In this document: positions 45,396 through 55,611 of the stretch, piece by piece
How positions within the stretch are numbered: the stretch's first letter is position 1
Layout of the letters: every line of letters starts with the position of its first letter
NCBI GenBank assembly: GCA_029548485.1
Contig: JAKPNH010000006.1
Location: 13,937-77,936, forward strand
Reading direction: 5' to 3'
DNA length: 64,000 nucleotides
Source of the DNA: a bacterium
GTDB lineage: Bacteria > Patescibacteriota > Minisyncoccia > UBA6257 > Colwellbacteraceae
Made by a program: the position numbers and the translations under genes
Notes under the pieces: generated by a model
Database searches by the model: none
Told to the model about the DNA's origin: nothing
Seen by the model: only the letters and a program-made list of their open reading frames with translations

Positions 45396-48300
45396 ATGTC
45401 GTCAGCAAAAACCAAAAACTTTTCATCCCATCCGAGTTCGTTCGTGAAGGAACCGGACCTGATCGCCGTCCAAATCGATTCCTTCGAGTGGTTCAAGAAA
45501 ACCGGATTGCGGAACCTCTTCGACGAAATCTCTCCCATCCGCGACCATTCCGCAAAGGAAATGGAGCTTTATTTTCGCGATTATTATTTTGACGAACCGA
45601 AGTTTTCGACCGACGAATGCCGCGAGCGGGCTTTGACTTACGAAGCTCCGCTCCGTGTCAATATGGAATTAATCCATCTCGTATCCGGCCGGAAAGAGAC
45701 CCAAAAAGTCTATTTCGGAGATTTTCCGATCATGACCGAGAAAGGGACCTTCATCATCAACGGTGTGGAGAGGGTGGTCATTTCCCAGCTCGTCAGATCG
45801 CCCGGAGTTTATTTCATTTCCGATTCCTGGAGGGGCCGGAAGCTTTTCGGCGCCAAAATCATTCCGAACCGCGGCGCCTGGATAGAATTCGAAACCGATT
45901 CGAACGGCGTCATCGACGTCAAGATAGACCGCCACCGCAAAATGCCGGCCACGTCTTTCCTCCGCATCTTCGGATTGGAAACCGAAGAAGAGATCAGGGC
46001 CGCTTTTCCGAACGACAACGGCCCGGTTAAACATATAGAAAGTACTTTAAAGAAAGATCCGGCGAAAACCGCTTCCGAAAGCTATCTCGAACTTTACAAG
46101 AGGCTTCGCCCCGGAGATCTTGCCACCGCCGAAAACGCCAAGAACCTGATCGACGCCATGTTCGTGCGTTCCGACCGCTACGACCTTTCTGAAATAGGCC
46201 GCTTCAAAGTGAATCAGCGTTTGGAAGCGAACGATTCCAAAGATAAACTGCTTTCAAAAAAAGACATCGTGCGGATAATGGCGGAGATCATCAGGCTGAA
46301 CAACGATCCGCACGCCAAAGACGACGATATCGACCATCTGGGAAACCGCCGGCTCCGTTCGGTCGGAGAACTTTTGGAAGCGCGGATGCGCTTGGGATTC
46401 GGAAGGATCAGGAGGATCGTCCAAGACAGGATGTCGACGATCTCGGGAGAAGAGCGGCAGGCGCTCACTCCGATCCAGCTCGTGAACACCAGACCATTGA
46501 TCGGCGTGGTCCGCGATTTCTTCGCCACTTCTTCCATGTCGCAGTTCATGGATCAGGTTAATCCTTTGACCGAGCTCGAACACAAAAGAAGGATTTCGGC
46601 TTTGGGGCCGGGCGGACTGACCAAAGAACGCGCCGGATTCGAGGTAAGGGACGTCCATCCTTCGCACTACGGGCGGCTTTGCCCGATCCAGACTCCGGAA
46701 GGGCAGAACATCGGACTCATCAATCATCTGGCAAACTATACCCGCGTCAACAAATACGGATTTTTGGAAGCGCCTTACGTCAAAATGGAAAAAGGAAAGA
46801 TCACCGGCGAAATCGTCTGGTTCGACGCGATCGAAGAGGAAAAGCACAAGATCGTCCACGCCGGAGAAAAACTGACCGAAGACAACAAGCTGGCGGACAA
46901 GATCGTCGAAGTCCGTTTCCAAGGAAAGCCGATGAACGTTCAGCGCGACGACGTCGAATACATGGACGTGTCGCCTTCGGAGATCCTTTCGATCGGAGCC
47001 TCTTTGATCCCGTTTTTGGAAAACGACGACGCCAAGAGGGCTTTGATGGGATCGAACATGCAGAAGCAGGCCGTGCCTTCGATCAGGCCGGAGTCGCCCT
47101 ATGTCGGCACCGGCGTCGAGAAAACCGCCGCTTACAATTCCGGGCAGGTGATCGTGGCCGACGAAGCGGGCGAAGTGACCTATGTCGACGGATCGAAAAT
47201 CATCATTGAAGACGCAGACCATCACAAACGGATTTATCCGGTCGAAAAGTTCCGGATGACGAACCAATACATCGCTTTTTCCCACAAGCCGATCGTCAAA
47301 ATCGGCGACAAAGTCAAAAAAGGAGAAGTCATCGCCGACGGCACGGCCATCAAGGACGGCGTCCTGGCCTTGGGGCAGAACTTACTCGTGGCTTTCGTGT
47401 CCTGGGAGGGAGCGAATTTCGAGGACGCCATCATCCTTTCGGAAAGGGTGGCCCAGATGGACCGCTACACTTCCATCAATATCGAAGATTTTGTCTGCGA
47501 TGTCCGCGACACGAAATTGGGGCCTGAGATCACCACTCCGGACATCCCGAACGTTTCCGAGGAAAAACTGAAGAATTTGGACGAAGAAGGAATCATCAGG
47601 ATCGGCGCCGAAGTGACGGCCGGAGACATCCTGGTCGGCAAGATTTCCCCGAAGGGCGAATCCGAATTGACTTCGGAAGAAAGGCTGCTTCGGGCGATCT
47701 TCGGAGAAAAAGCGAGGGACGTCAAAGATTCTTCTTTGGAAGTGCCGCACGGAAAAGGCGGCCGCGTGGTCGGAGTGAAGATTTTCGACCGCGAAAAAGG
47801 AGACAAACTTGAAGCCGGAGTCATCAGGAGGATCCAGATCCAGGTGGCTTCGCTTAGAAACATCCAGGCCGGAGACAAAATGGCCGGCCGGCACGGAAAC
47901 AAGGGCGTCATTTCGCAGATCAGGCCGATCGAGGATATGCCTTACCTCGAAGACGGCACGCCGGTCGACATTATTCTGAATCCATTGGGAGTCGTTTCCC
48001 GCATGAACCTCGGCCAGATTTTGGAAACGCATTTGGGCTGGGCCGCGGAAAAGTTGGGATACCGGGCGACCACTCCGGCTTTGTCCGGCGCCACCGAAAA
48101 AGAAATCCGGGAAGAATTGAAGGCGGCCGGGCTCCCCGAGACCGGACAGGTGACGGTCTACGACGGACGCACGGGCGAGGATTTCAGCCGGCCGGTGACC
48201 GTCGGCAGGATTTACATGATGAAACTGAATCATTTGGTTTTGGACAAGGTGCACATGCGTTCCATCGGTCCTTATTCTTTGATCACCCAGCAGCCTTTGG

Positions 48301-48593
48301 GAGGCCGCGCCCAGTTCGGCGGACAGCGTTTCGGAGAAATGGAGGTCTGGGCTTTGGAAGGCCACGGAGCGGCCCACACCCTCCAGGAAATGCTTACCAT
48401 CAAATCCGACGACGTCATGGGTCGGTCCGCGGCTTACGAATCGATCGTGAGGGGCGAAAAGATCAAAAAACCCAACATTCCGGCGACTTTCAACGTGATG
48501 GTGAACGAATTGAAAGCTTTGAACCTGAACGTCGAACTCATGGGAGCCGTCGAAGAAAAAGAAAAACCGGCCGAAGAAACGAAGGAAAACTAA
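45396..48593 (+). CDS. rpoB: DNA-directed RNA polymerase subunit beta (compact, 1065 aa)
   Basis: 'GDKMAGRHGNKGV' and 'NMQKQAVP'. Confidence 0.95.
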   Translation: MSSAKTKNFSSHPSSFVKEPDLIAVQIDSFEWFKKTGLRNLFDEISPIRDHSAKEMELYFRDYYFDEPKFSTDECRERALTYEAPLRVNMELIHLVSGRKETQKVYFGDFPIMTEKGTFIINGVERVVISQLVRSPGVYFISDSWRGRKLFGAKIIPNRGAWIEFETDSNGVIDVKIDRHRKMPATSFLRIFGLETEEEIRAAFPNDNGPVKHIESTLKKDPAKTASESYLELYKRLRPGDLATAENAKNLIDAMFVRSDRYDLSEIGRFKVNQRLEANDSKDKLLSKKDIVRIMAEIIRLNNDPHAKDDDIDHLGNRRLRSVGELLEARMRLGFGRIRRIVQDRMSTISGEERQALTPIQLVNTRPLIGVVRDFFATSSMSQFMDQVNPLTELEHKRRISALGPGGLTKERAGFEVRDVHPSHYGRLCPIQTPEGQNIGLINHLANYTRVNKYGFLEAPYVKMEKGKITGEIVWFDAIEEEKHKIVHAGEKLTEDNKLADKIVEVRFQGKPMNVQRDDVEYMDVSPSEILSIGASLIPFLENDDAKRALMGSNMQKQAVPSIRPESPYVGTGVEKTAAYNSGQVIVADEAGEVTYVDGSKIIIEDADHHKRIYPVEKFRMTNQYIAFSHKPIVKIGDKVKKGEVIADGTAIKDGVLALGQNLLVAFVSWEGANFEDAIILSERVAQMDRYTSINIEDFVCDVRDTKLGPEITTPDIPNVSEEKLKNLDEEGIIRIGAEVTAGDILVGKISPKGESELTSEERLLRAIFGEKARDVKDSSLEVPHGKGGRVVGVKIFDREKGDKLEAGVIRRIQIQVASLRNIQAGDKMAGRHGNKGVISQIRPIEDMPYLEDGTPVDIILNPLGVVSRMNLGQILETHLGWAAEKLGYRATTPALSGATEKEIREELKAAGLPETGQVTVYDGRTGEDFSRPVTVGRIYMMKLNHLVLDKVHMRSIGPYSLITQQPLGGRAQFGGQRFGEMEVWALEGHGAAHTLQEMLTIKSDDVMGRSAAYESIVRGEKIKKPNIPATFNVMVNELKALNLNVELMGAVEEKEKPAEETKEN

Positions 48594-48596
48594 AAA

Positions 48597-51500
48597 ATGG
48601 ACGACTTCAAATCTTTAAAACTGAAAATCGCCTCTCCGGAAGAAGTGCTCAAATGGTCTTACGGCGAGGTCACCAAGCCGGAAACCATCAATTACCGGAC
48701 GCAGCGTCCGGAAAAAGACGGGCTTTTTTCCGAACGGATTTTCGGACCGACCAAGGATTACGAATGCTATTGCGGCAAATACAAGAAGATCCGTTACAAA
48801 GGAGTGGTTTGCGACAAGTGCGGCGTCGAAGTGACGCGTTCTTCGGTGAGGAGAGAGAGAATGGGCCACATCAAGCTGGCGGCGCCGGTCGCCCACATCT
48901 GGTTTTTGAGAAGCGTTCCGTCGAGGATCGGTCTGGCTTTGGACGCGCCGGTCGCCAAGCTCGAGAAAGTCATCTATTACGCCGCCTACATCATCACTTC
49001 GGTCGACGAAGAAGCGAGAAAAGCGGCCATCGAAGAAGTCGACCGGGAATTCAAATCGAGGAAAAAGCTCGAAGAGATCGACGAGCTCGGAATGGCCGCC
49101 GAAGTCGCCAAGCAGACTTTGAAGGAACTGCGCCCGGGAACGATCCTTTCCGAGGCGGAATTCTACAATCTTTCCCGCAGATTCGGGAATGTTTTCCAGG
49201 CGAGAGCCGGGGCCGAAGGCGTGCGCAAGGTTTTGGAGGACCTCGACGCGGAAAAGGAAATCAAGGTTGTCGAGAAAGAATTGGAAAAAACCGACGACAC
49301 GAGCCGCAGGCAAAGGTTGGCGAGGAGATTGAAGTTCTTCATCGCCATGAAGAGGAACGCCATCAGACCGGAATGGATGGTCATGACCGAGCTTCCGGTT
49401 TTGCCGCCGGACCTCCGGCCGATGGTCGCTTTGGACGGAGGCCGCTACGCCACCTCGGATTTGAACGACCTTTATCGCCGCGTCATCAACCGCAACAACC
49501 GCTTGAAAAAGCTTTTGGAGCTCAAGGCTCCGGAAATAATCGTCGTTAACGAAAAACGCATGCTCCAGGAGGCGGTCGACGCCTTAATCGACAACACCGC
49601 CCGCATGGGCCGGGCCCAGCTTTCGGCGAGACGCCGGCCGCTTCGGTCCTTGGCCGACATGCTCAAGGGAAAACAGGGCAGGTTCAGACAGAACTTGCTC
49701 GGAAAGCGCGTCGACTATTCGGGCCGATCGGTCATCGTCGTCGGGCCAAACCTCAAATACGACGAATGCGGTCTGCCGAAAAAAATGGCTTTGGAGCTTT
49801 TCAGGCCGTTCGTCATTTCCAAAATCATCGAAAGGGGTCTGGCGTACAATATCAAAAACGCCAACCGTCTGATCGAATCCGCTCCGACGGAAATATGGGA
49901 GATCCTCGAAGAAGTCATCAAAAACCGCTACGTGCTTTTGAACCGCGCCCCGACTTTGCATAGGCTCGGCATCCAGGCTTTCAAGCCGATTTTGATCGAA
50001 GACCTGGCCATTCAAATTCCGCCGTTAGTCTGTTCGGGATTCAACGCCGATTTCGACGGCGACCAGATGGCCGTGCATCTTCCTTTGACCGACGAAGCCC
50101 AGAAGGAAAGCGAGTTTCTGATGCTTTCGAGCCGCAATATTTTGAAACCGGCTTCGGGCGACCCCATTCCCGGTCCCTGGAACGACATTGTCTTGGGAGT
50201 TTTCTATCTGACCGAAGCCGATCCCGAAGCCAAAGGCAGCGGCAAAGTCTTCGGCAGCAAGGAAGAGGCGGTCTTGGCTTACGATAGCGACGTTGTCGAT
50301 CTTCGGGCCGTGATCAAAATCAACAAGGAATTGGAAACCACTTGCGGCCGGATTATTTTCAACCGCGCCCTGCCCGAAGAAATCGGCTACGTTAACGATC
50401 CCATAAACAAGAAAACGATGAACCAGCTTTTCGCGAGGATCCTGAACGAATGCGGACTCGAGAAAGGCAAAACGGCGCTCGACGCCATCCAGGAACTCGG
50501 ATTCGAATACGCCACCAAATCGGGAATCACCTGGGGCATGTCCGACCTGGTGGTGCCCGAAGAAAAGAAGGGAATCATCGAGGCGGCGAACGCCAGAGTA
50601 GCGACGATCGACGAACAATACGAAAGCGGACTTTTGACCGAAAGCGAAAGAAAATCCCGCGTCATCGAAATCTGGGACAACGTCAAAACCGAAATAGAAA
50701 AAGTGGCCAAGGCGGCTTTGCCCAAATCGAGCCCGGTCTCGACCATCATCGCTTCCGGCGCGAGAGGCAGCTGGGAGCAGGTGAACCAGATGATGGGCAT
50801 GAGGGGGCTTGTCAAAAATCCGCAGGGAGAGATCATCGATCTGCCCGTCACTTCCTGTTACAAAGAGGGATTCTCGCCGCTCGAATATTTCATTTCCGTC
50901 CACGGAAACAGGAAAGGATTGGTGGATACCGCTTTGAAAACAGCCGAAGCCGGATACCTCACCCGCCGCATGATCGACGTCAGCCAAAGCCTGGTGATCA
51001 AAGAAGAGGATTGCCACACCAAGGAAGGAATCGAAATTAGGCGCGCCGAAGGACTTGAGTTCGGACACAAGTTTTCCGACAGGCTTTTTTCGCGCACCAG
51101 CTTGGAAGAAATAAAATCCAAAGGCAAGATTATCGTCAAAGCGAACGAGATCATCGCGATCGAAGCGGCCAAAGCGATCGAAGCCGATCCGGCGATCGAG
51201 GTCGTCAAAGTCCGGTCTCCGATGACCTGTAAAACCCTCTACGGCATTTGCGCCAAATGCTACGGATACGATCTGGGGCACAACGAACCGATCAATCTCG
51301 GCGAAGCGGTCGGCGTCATCGCCGCCCAGTCGATCGGCGAGCCGGGAACCCAGCTCACCCTTCGGACCACCCATTCCGGCGGCGTCGCCCGCGCGGACAT
51401 CACTTCGGGACTGCCGAGGATCGAGGAGCTTTTCGAAGTGCGCGTTCCGAAGGGCAAGGCTTTGCTTTCCGAATACGACGGCGTTGTCGACAAAATAGAG

Positions 51501-52184
51501 GACAAAGGTAATCTGCGTTCGGTTTTCGTCAAAGTGAACAAGAAAGCCGGCGCCAAGAAAGACAAAATCGTCGAATACCAGATGCCGAGAAATACCTTGT
51601 TGCTTATCGAATCCGGACAGGTGGTCTCGAAAGGAGACGCCCTTTCCGAAGGCAGCATCGATTTGAAAGAACTTTACGTTTATAAAGGCAAAGAAGAGGT
51701 CTATCGTTATTTGATCCGCGAAGCCCAGAAAATTTACGTTTCCGAAGGAGCGGCCATCAACAACAAGCACTTGGAAGTGGTTTTGAGGCAGATGTTCTCC
51801 AGAGTGCGCATTTCCGACCCGGGTCAGAGCCAATTCGTCATCGGGGAGGTGATCGACAAGTCGAGATTCTTCGAGGTGAACCGCGATTTGAAGAAAGCCG
51901 GGAAAGAACCGGCGCGAGCCGAGGAATTGCTTTTGGGTATCGATAAGGTGGCGCTGTCGGCTGAGGGATTCTTGTCCGCCGCTTCGTTCCAGGAAACGGC
52001 GAGAGTTTTGGTTTCGGCCGCTTCCGAAGGCAAGGAAGATCCGCTCGTCGGCCTCAAAGAGAACGTCATCATCGGCCGATTGCTGCCGATAGGCACGAGC
52101 TTCAGGGGCGAATTCGAGAATATCGAAGAAAAAGAAGAACCGACCGCTCCGAATGCGGAAAGCGAGCCGGTTTCGGGAGAGTAA
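48597..52184 (+). CDS. rpoC: DNA-directed RNA polymerase subunit beta'
   Basis: 'NADFDGDQMAVH', the zinc-finger 'CYCGKYKK..C.KCG', and the trigger loop. Confidence 0.95.
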   Translation: MDDFKSLKLKIASPEEVLKWSYGEVTKPETINYRTQRPEKDGLFSERIFGPTKDYECYCGKYKKIRYKGVVCDKCGVEVTRSSVRRERMGHIKLAAPVAHIWFLRSVPSRIGLALDAPVAKLEKVIYYAAYIITSVDEEARKAAIEEVDREFKSRKKLEEIDELGMAAEVAKQTLKELRPGTILSEAEFYNLSRRFGNVFQARAGAEGVRKVLEDLDAEKEIKVVEKELEKTDDTSRRQRLARRLKFFIAMKRNAIRPEWMVMTELPVLPPDLRPMVALDGGRYATSDLNDLYRRVINRNNRLKKLLELKAPEIIVVNEKRMLQEAVDALIDNTARMGRAQLSARRRPLRSLADMLKGKQGRFRQNLLGKRVDYSGRSVIVVGPNLKYDECGLPKKMALELFRPFVISKIIERGLAYNIKNANRLIESAPTEIWEILEEVIKNRYVLLNRAPTLHRLGIQAFKPILIEDLAIQIPPLVCSGFNADFDGDQMAVHLPLTDEAQKESEFLMLSSRNILKPASGDPIPGPWNDIVLGVFYLTEADPEAKGSGKVFGSKEEAVLAYDSDVVDLRAVIKINKELETTCGRIIFNRALPEEIGYVNDPINKKTMNQLFARILNECGLEKGKTALDAIQELGFEYATKSGITWGMSDLVVPEEKKGIIEAANARVATIDEQYESGLLTESERKSRVIEIWDNVKTEIEKVAKAALPKSSPVSTIIASGARGSWEQVNQMMGMRGLVKNPQGEIIDLPVTSCYKEGFSPLEYFISVHGNRKGLVDTALKTAEAGYLTRRMIDVSQSLVIKEEDCHTKEGIEIRRAEGLEFGHKFSDRLFSRTSLEEIKSKGKIIVKANEIIAIEAAKAIEADPAIEVVKVRSPMTCKTLYGICAKCYGYDLGHNEPINLGEAVGVIAAQSIGEPGTQLTLRTTHSGGVARADITSGLPRIEELFEVRVPKGKALLSEYDGVVDKIEDKGNLRSVFVKVNKKAGAKKDKIVEYQMPRNTLLLIESGQVVSKGDALSEGSIDLKELYVYKGKEEVYRYLIREAQKIYVSEGAAINNKHLEVVLRQMFSRVRISDPGQSQFVIGEVIDKSRFFEVNRDLKKAGKEPARAEELLLGIDKVALSAEGFLSAASFQETARVLVSAASEGKEDPLVGLKENVIIGRLLPIGTSFRGEFENIEEKEEPTAPNAESEPVSGE

Positions 52185-52219
52185 ATTGACAATACCGGAG
52201 CCGATAAGTTAGGCTATCA

Positions 52220-52645
52220 ATGTTTCCGATGGATACCGAAGAAAAGAGAAAATACGAAATAGCGCTTTTGACGAGAGACGAGCAAACCGCCCTGAAGGCG
52301 GCTGATTTGCTTTCCGGCGAAGGCGCGGAAATCATCGTCGGCCCCAGGCCCGGCCTCATCAAATTGGCTTACAAGATCGACAAGGAAGAATCGGCTTTTT
52401 TCTCTTTCATCGATTTCGAATCGCTGCCCGAGAAGATCGCTTCTTTGGAAAAAGCGCTCAAGCTCGACAAATCGATCTTGAGGTTCTTGATCGTCACTCC
52501 GCCTCCGGCCAAGGCGGTGGCGAAATCGTTCGGCAAAAAACCAACGGCCGATTCCGCTCCCAAACCGGAGGCGGCCGACGACACCGTCAAAGAGTCGCTG
52601 AGCAACGAGGCTCTGGAACAAAAACTCGAAGAAATTTTGTCTTAA
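52220..52645 (+). CDS. rpsF: 30S ribosomal protein S6
   Basis: 'KYEIALLTRDEQ'. Confidence 0.8.
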   Translation: MFPMDTEEKRKYEIALLTRDEQTALKAADLLSGEGAEIIVGPRPGLIKLAYKIDKEESAFFSFIDFESLPEKIASLEKALKLDKSILRFLIVTPPPAKAVAKSFGKKPTADSAPKPEAADDTVKESLSNEALEQKLEEILS

Positions 52646-53094
52646 TGAACCTCAATAAAGTTTTTTTGATAGGCAGGCTGACGATCGATCCGGAGATCAG
52701 GACTATTCCTTCCGGAGACAAAGTGACTTCTTTCGGCGTCGCCACCAATCGGACCTGGACCGACAAATCCGGAAACCGGAAAGAGGCGACGGAATTCCAC
52801 AACGTGGTTCTTTGGGGCAGGCAGGCGGAAATCGTCAGCCAGTTCCTGAAGAAGGGAAGCGTCATTTTCGTCGAAGGCCGGCTGCAGACGAGGAGCTGGC
52901 AGGGCAAGGACGGAGTTTCCCGGAGGACGACCGAAATCATCGGCGAAAGGGTCCAGCTGGGACCCCGGGCCGGAAACCAAGGATCGTCGGAAGAAACTCC
53001 CGAGGCGGCCCCGGAAGCGGTCGAAAAACCCGAAGAAATGCCGGTGATCGATTTAGACGAAGAAGGCATCAAACCGGAAGACTTACCATTTTAA
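52645..53094 (+). CDS. ssb: Single-stranded DNA-binding protein
   Basis: 'NKVFLIGRLTIDPEIRT' OB-fold and a C-terminal acidic tail ending '...DLPF'. Confidence 0.9.
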   Translation: MNLNKVFLIGRLTIDPEIRTIPSGDKVTSFGVATNRTWTDKSGNRKEATEFHNVVLWGRQAEIVSQFLKKGSVIFVEGRLQTRSWQGKDGVSRRTTEIIGERVQLGPRAGNQGSSEETPEAAPEAVEKPEEMPVIDLDEEGIKPEDLPF

Positions 53095-53106
53095 CTTTTT
53101 AACACC

Positions 53107-53310
53107 ATGGAAAGGCAATGTTTTTTTTGTTCCCAGAATATGACCGACGTCGATTATAAAGACGTCGAGCTTTTGAGAAGGTTTGTCTCGGGCCAGGCGA
53201 AAATCATCGATCCGAAACATACCGGAACCTGCGCCAAGCACCAGAGGATTTTGGCGCAAGCCGTGAAAAGAGCGAGATTCATGGGCCTTTTGCCCTTTGT
53301 CAGGCAATAA
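53107..53310 (+). CDS. rpsR: 30S ribosomal protein S18
   Basis: 'CFFCSQNMTDVDYKDVELLRRFVSGQAKI'. Confidence 0.9.
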   Translation: MERQCFFCSQNMTDVDYKDVELLRRFVSGQAKIIDPKHTGTCAKHQRILAQAVKRARFMGLLPFVRQ

Positions 53311-53855
53311 TGTTCGCTTTCGACAAACCGGTTTTCAACTGGCTCTACGGGCTCGCCGGACGCTTTTGGCTTTTGGATTACGCCGTGGTTTTTTCGGCCA
53401 AGTGGCTTATTTGGCTCGCGCTCGGAGTTTTCGCGATCGCGGTTTGGCGTTCGCAAAGCTTGAGAACCCGGGCTTATTTCTTTTCCTTGGCCGCTTTGGG
53501 AGCGATCCTCTCGAGAGGAATCCTCGCCGAGATCATCCGCTACGCGAGATACAATCCGCGGCCGTTCGAAGAATTGGGAATCGATCCGCTTTTCGAGCAA
53601 TACGCCACGGCCAGTTTTCCTTCGGGACACGTCGCTTTTCTTTTCCCGATAGCGCTCGCGGCCTGGAAGTACAATAAAAAATTGGGTATTTGGATTATCG
53701 CGGCCACGGTCCTCATGGGCCTTTCGAGGGTAATCGCCGGAGTCCATTGGCTGACCGATATCGCCGCCGGATTTCTGGTCGGCGCCATCGGATTTTTCGT
53801 TGCCCAAGCGCTTTTACCCCGTCTTGAAAAGAAGGCAGAAGAGAAGCTATCATAG
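53310..53855 (+). CDS. PAP2-family membrane phosphatase (undecaprenyl-diphosphatase / PgpB-like)
   Basis: 'RYNPRPF', 'PSGH' and 'SRVIAGVHWLTD'. Confidence 0.8.
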   Translation: MFAFDKPVFNWLYGLAGRFWLLDYAVVFSAKWLIWLALGVFAIAVWRSQSLRTRAYFFSLAALGAILSRGILAEIIRYARYNPRPFEELGIDPLFEQYATASFPSGHVAFLFPIALAAWKYNKKLGIWIIAATVLMGLSRVIAGVHWLTDIAAGFLVGAIGFFVAQALLPRLEKKAEEKLS

Positions 53856-53886
53856 ATAAGGCCGAAGAAAAACATTAAATAAAAAA

Positions 53887-54582
53887 ATGAACGAGAAAAC
53901 AAAGATATTCTTGGTTCCGGGAGCGATTGTTGTCGCGGGAATCATCATCGCCGTTGCTGTTCTTTATTCCGGAGGAGCAATCGACATGAAAAGCCAAACG
54001 GCCCAGGTAGGAGAAGGGTTTGCGGCCTTGAAAAGCCTGAAAGCGGTAAACAGCGAGGACCACATTTTGGGGAACGCTTCTGCCAAGGTTAAAATCGTCA
54101 CTTTTTCCGACATGGATTGTCCGTATTGCCAGCGGTTCAACGCGACCATCAAGGAAATCCTTGATGTTTACGGAGATAAGATCGCCGTGGTCTACCGGCA
54201 TTTTCCTTTGACCATGCTTCATCCAAACGCGGAAAAAGAAGCCGAGGCGACCGAATGCGCGGCCAAGCTCGGAGGCAACGGAGGATTCTGGAATTACTTC
54301 GATGAATATGAGGCGGAGATCGTGGCCGGAAAAGCTTTCAGCGAAGATCTGCTTCTTGATGTTGCCGCATCGGTTGGACTCGACAGGGGAAGCTTCACGG
54401 CTTGCCTTCAAAGCGACGAACCGGGAAAACTCGTGAAAGAGGACGCGGATAACGCCGAGGAAATCGGCATCACCGGAACGCCTTTCAGCGTCATTCTTTC
54501 GAACAACAAGCCCGTGGACACGATCGAAGGCGCTTATCCGATCGAAGCCGTCAAAGAGAAACTGGATCAGTATATAAAGTAA
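53887..54582 (+). CDS. DsbA-family thiol:disulfide oxidoreductase (membrane-anchored)
   Basis: The 'CPYC' active site in a thioredoxin fold, and an N-terminal TM segment. Confidence 0.8.
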   Translation: MNEKTKIFLVPGAIVVAGIIIAVAVLYSGGAIDMKSQTAQVGEGFAALKSLKAVNSEDHILGNASAKVKIVTFSDMDCPYCQRFNATIKEILDVYGDKIAVVYRHFPLTMLHPNAEKEAEATECAAKLGGNGGFWNYFDEYEAEIVAGKAFSEDLLLDVAASVGLDRGSFTACLQSDEPGKLVKEDADNAEEIGITGTPFSVILSNNKPVDTIEGAYPIEAVKEKLDQYIK

Positions 54583-54595
54583 ATCGGATAAAGAT

Positions 54596-54628
54596 AAAAA
54601 ACTCCGCCCGACAAAGGCGGAGTTTTTA
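54596..54628. terminator. Bidirectional intrinsic terminator
   Basis: aactccgcc-cgacaaa-ggcggagtt with a flanking A-run and T-run. Confidence 0.7.
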
Positions 54629-54644
54629 CATTAAGTAGTTTATG

Positions 54645-54727
54645 TGCCCAGGGGGAGAGTTGAACTCCCACGTCCTTGCGAACAAAGGTTTTTGAGACCT
54701 TCGCGTATACCATTCCGCCACCTGGGC
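54645..54727 (-). tRNA. tRNA-Leu (anticodon CAA). CCA is not encoded.
   Basis: Manual fold. The 5' 30 nt are identical to tRNA-Leu(TAA) at 17778, and the anticodon loop is CTCAAAA. Confidence 0.8.
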
Positions 54728-54806
54728 AAAAACTTCAATAAAAATAACAAGATTTCCGCTTCAAGTCAAAATGGCCGCGGCCGTAAAAATATCGTAAAAT
54801 AAAGAT

Positions 54807-55610
54807 ATGGCGCGCGTGATCGCGATTTGCAACCAAAAAGGCGGAGTCGGCAAGACGACGACCGCCGTCAACCTGGGTTCGTATCTGGCCGCCTTCGGAC
54901 GTAAGGTTTTGCTTATCGATTTCGATCCGCAGGCGAACGCGAGTTCGGCTTTAGGATATTCTGCGAACGACGGCGGAACCATTTACCAAGGGCTGATCGG
55001 AGAAGCGGAGCCGCAAAGACTCATCCGGCCGACAATGATTCTGAATTGCCATTTCATTCCTTCGGCCAGCCATTTGTCCGGCGCCCTGGTGGAATTCGTG
55101 AATCTGCCGGAACGGGAATATTTTTTGAAGAAATTCATCGACAAGGTAAGGAACGCTTACGATTATATATTGATCGACCTTCCGCCGACCTTGAGCCTAC
55201 TCATGCTGAACGGCTTGCTCGCTTCGGGCGAGGTGATCATCCCGGTCCAGGCGGAATATTACGGGCTCGAGGGATTGAGCCAGCTTCTTTCGACGCTCGA
55301 TCTCGTGAGGTCGAATTTGAATCACGATCTCAAAGTGGCGGGAGCTTTGATTACCATGTATGATAAATGGGAACATCTTTCCCAGGAAGTGGCCAAAAAC
55401 ATCAGGCGGAATTTCCCGTATTACGTTTTCGGGGTGGAGATACCGCGGTCGGTGAGTTTGGCCGAGGCGCCGAGCTTCGGCAAGCCGATACTGCTTTACG
55501 CGCCGTATTCCCAGGGGGCTTTGGCTTACCGCAGGTTCGCCTCCGAAGTGATGCAGCAGGAAAATCCGGCCGCAACCGAAACGGGAGAACAAACCGAAAA
55601 CAATACGTGA
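54807..55610 (+). CDS. parA: Chromosome partitioning ATPase ParA/Soj
   Basis: 'AICNQKGGVGKTTTAVNL' (deviant Walker A). Confidence 0.9.
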   Translation: MARVIAICNQKGGVGKTTTAVNLGSYLAAFGRKVLLIDFDPQANASSALGYSANDGGTIYQGLIGEAEPQRLIRPTMILNCHFIPSASHLSGALVEFVNLPEREYFLKKFIDKVRNAYDYILIDLPPTLSLLMLNGLLASGEVIIPVQAEYYGLEGLSQLLSTLDLVRSNLNHDLKVAGALITMYDKWEHLSQEVAKNIRRNFPYYVFGVEIPRSVSLAEAPSFGKPILLYAPYSQGALAYRRFASEVMQQENPAATETGEQTENNT

Positions 55611-55611
55611 A

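Noticed and set aside
46254-51833. Long antisense ORFs within rpoB/rpoC (for example 46254..47285 and 50025..51833)
   Set aside because: They are Arg/Gly/Asp-rich and low-complexity, opposite highly conserved genes. They are an artefact of GC-rich codon usage.
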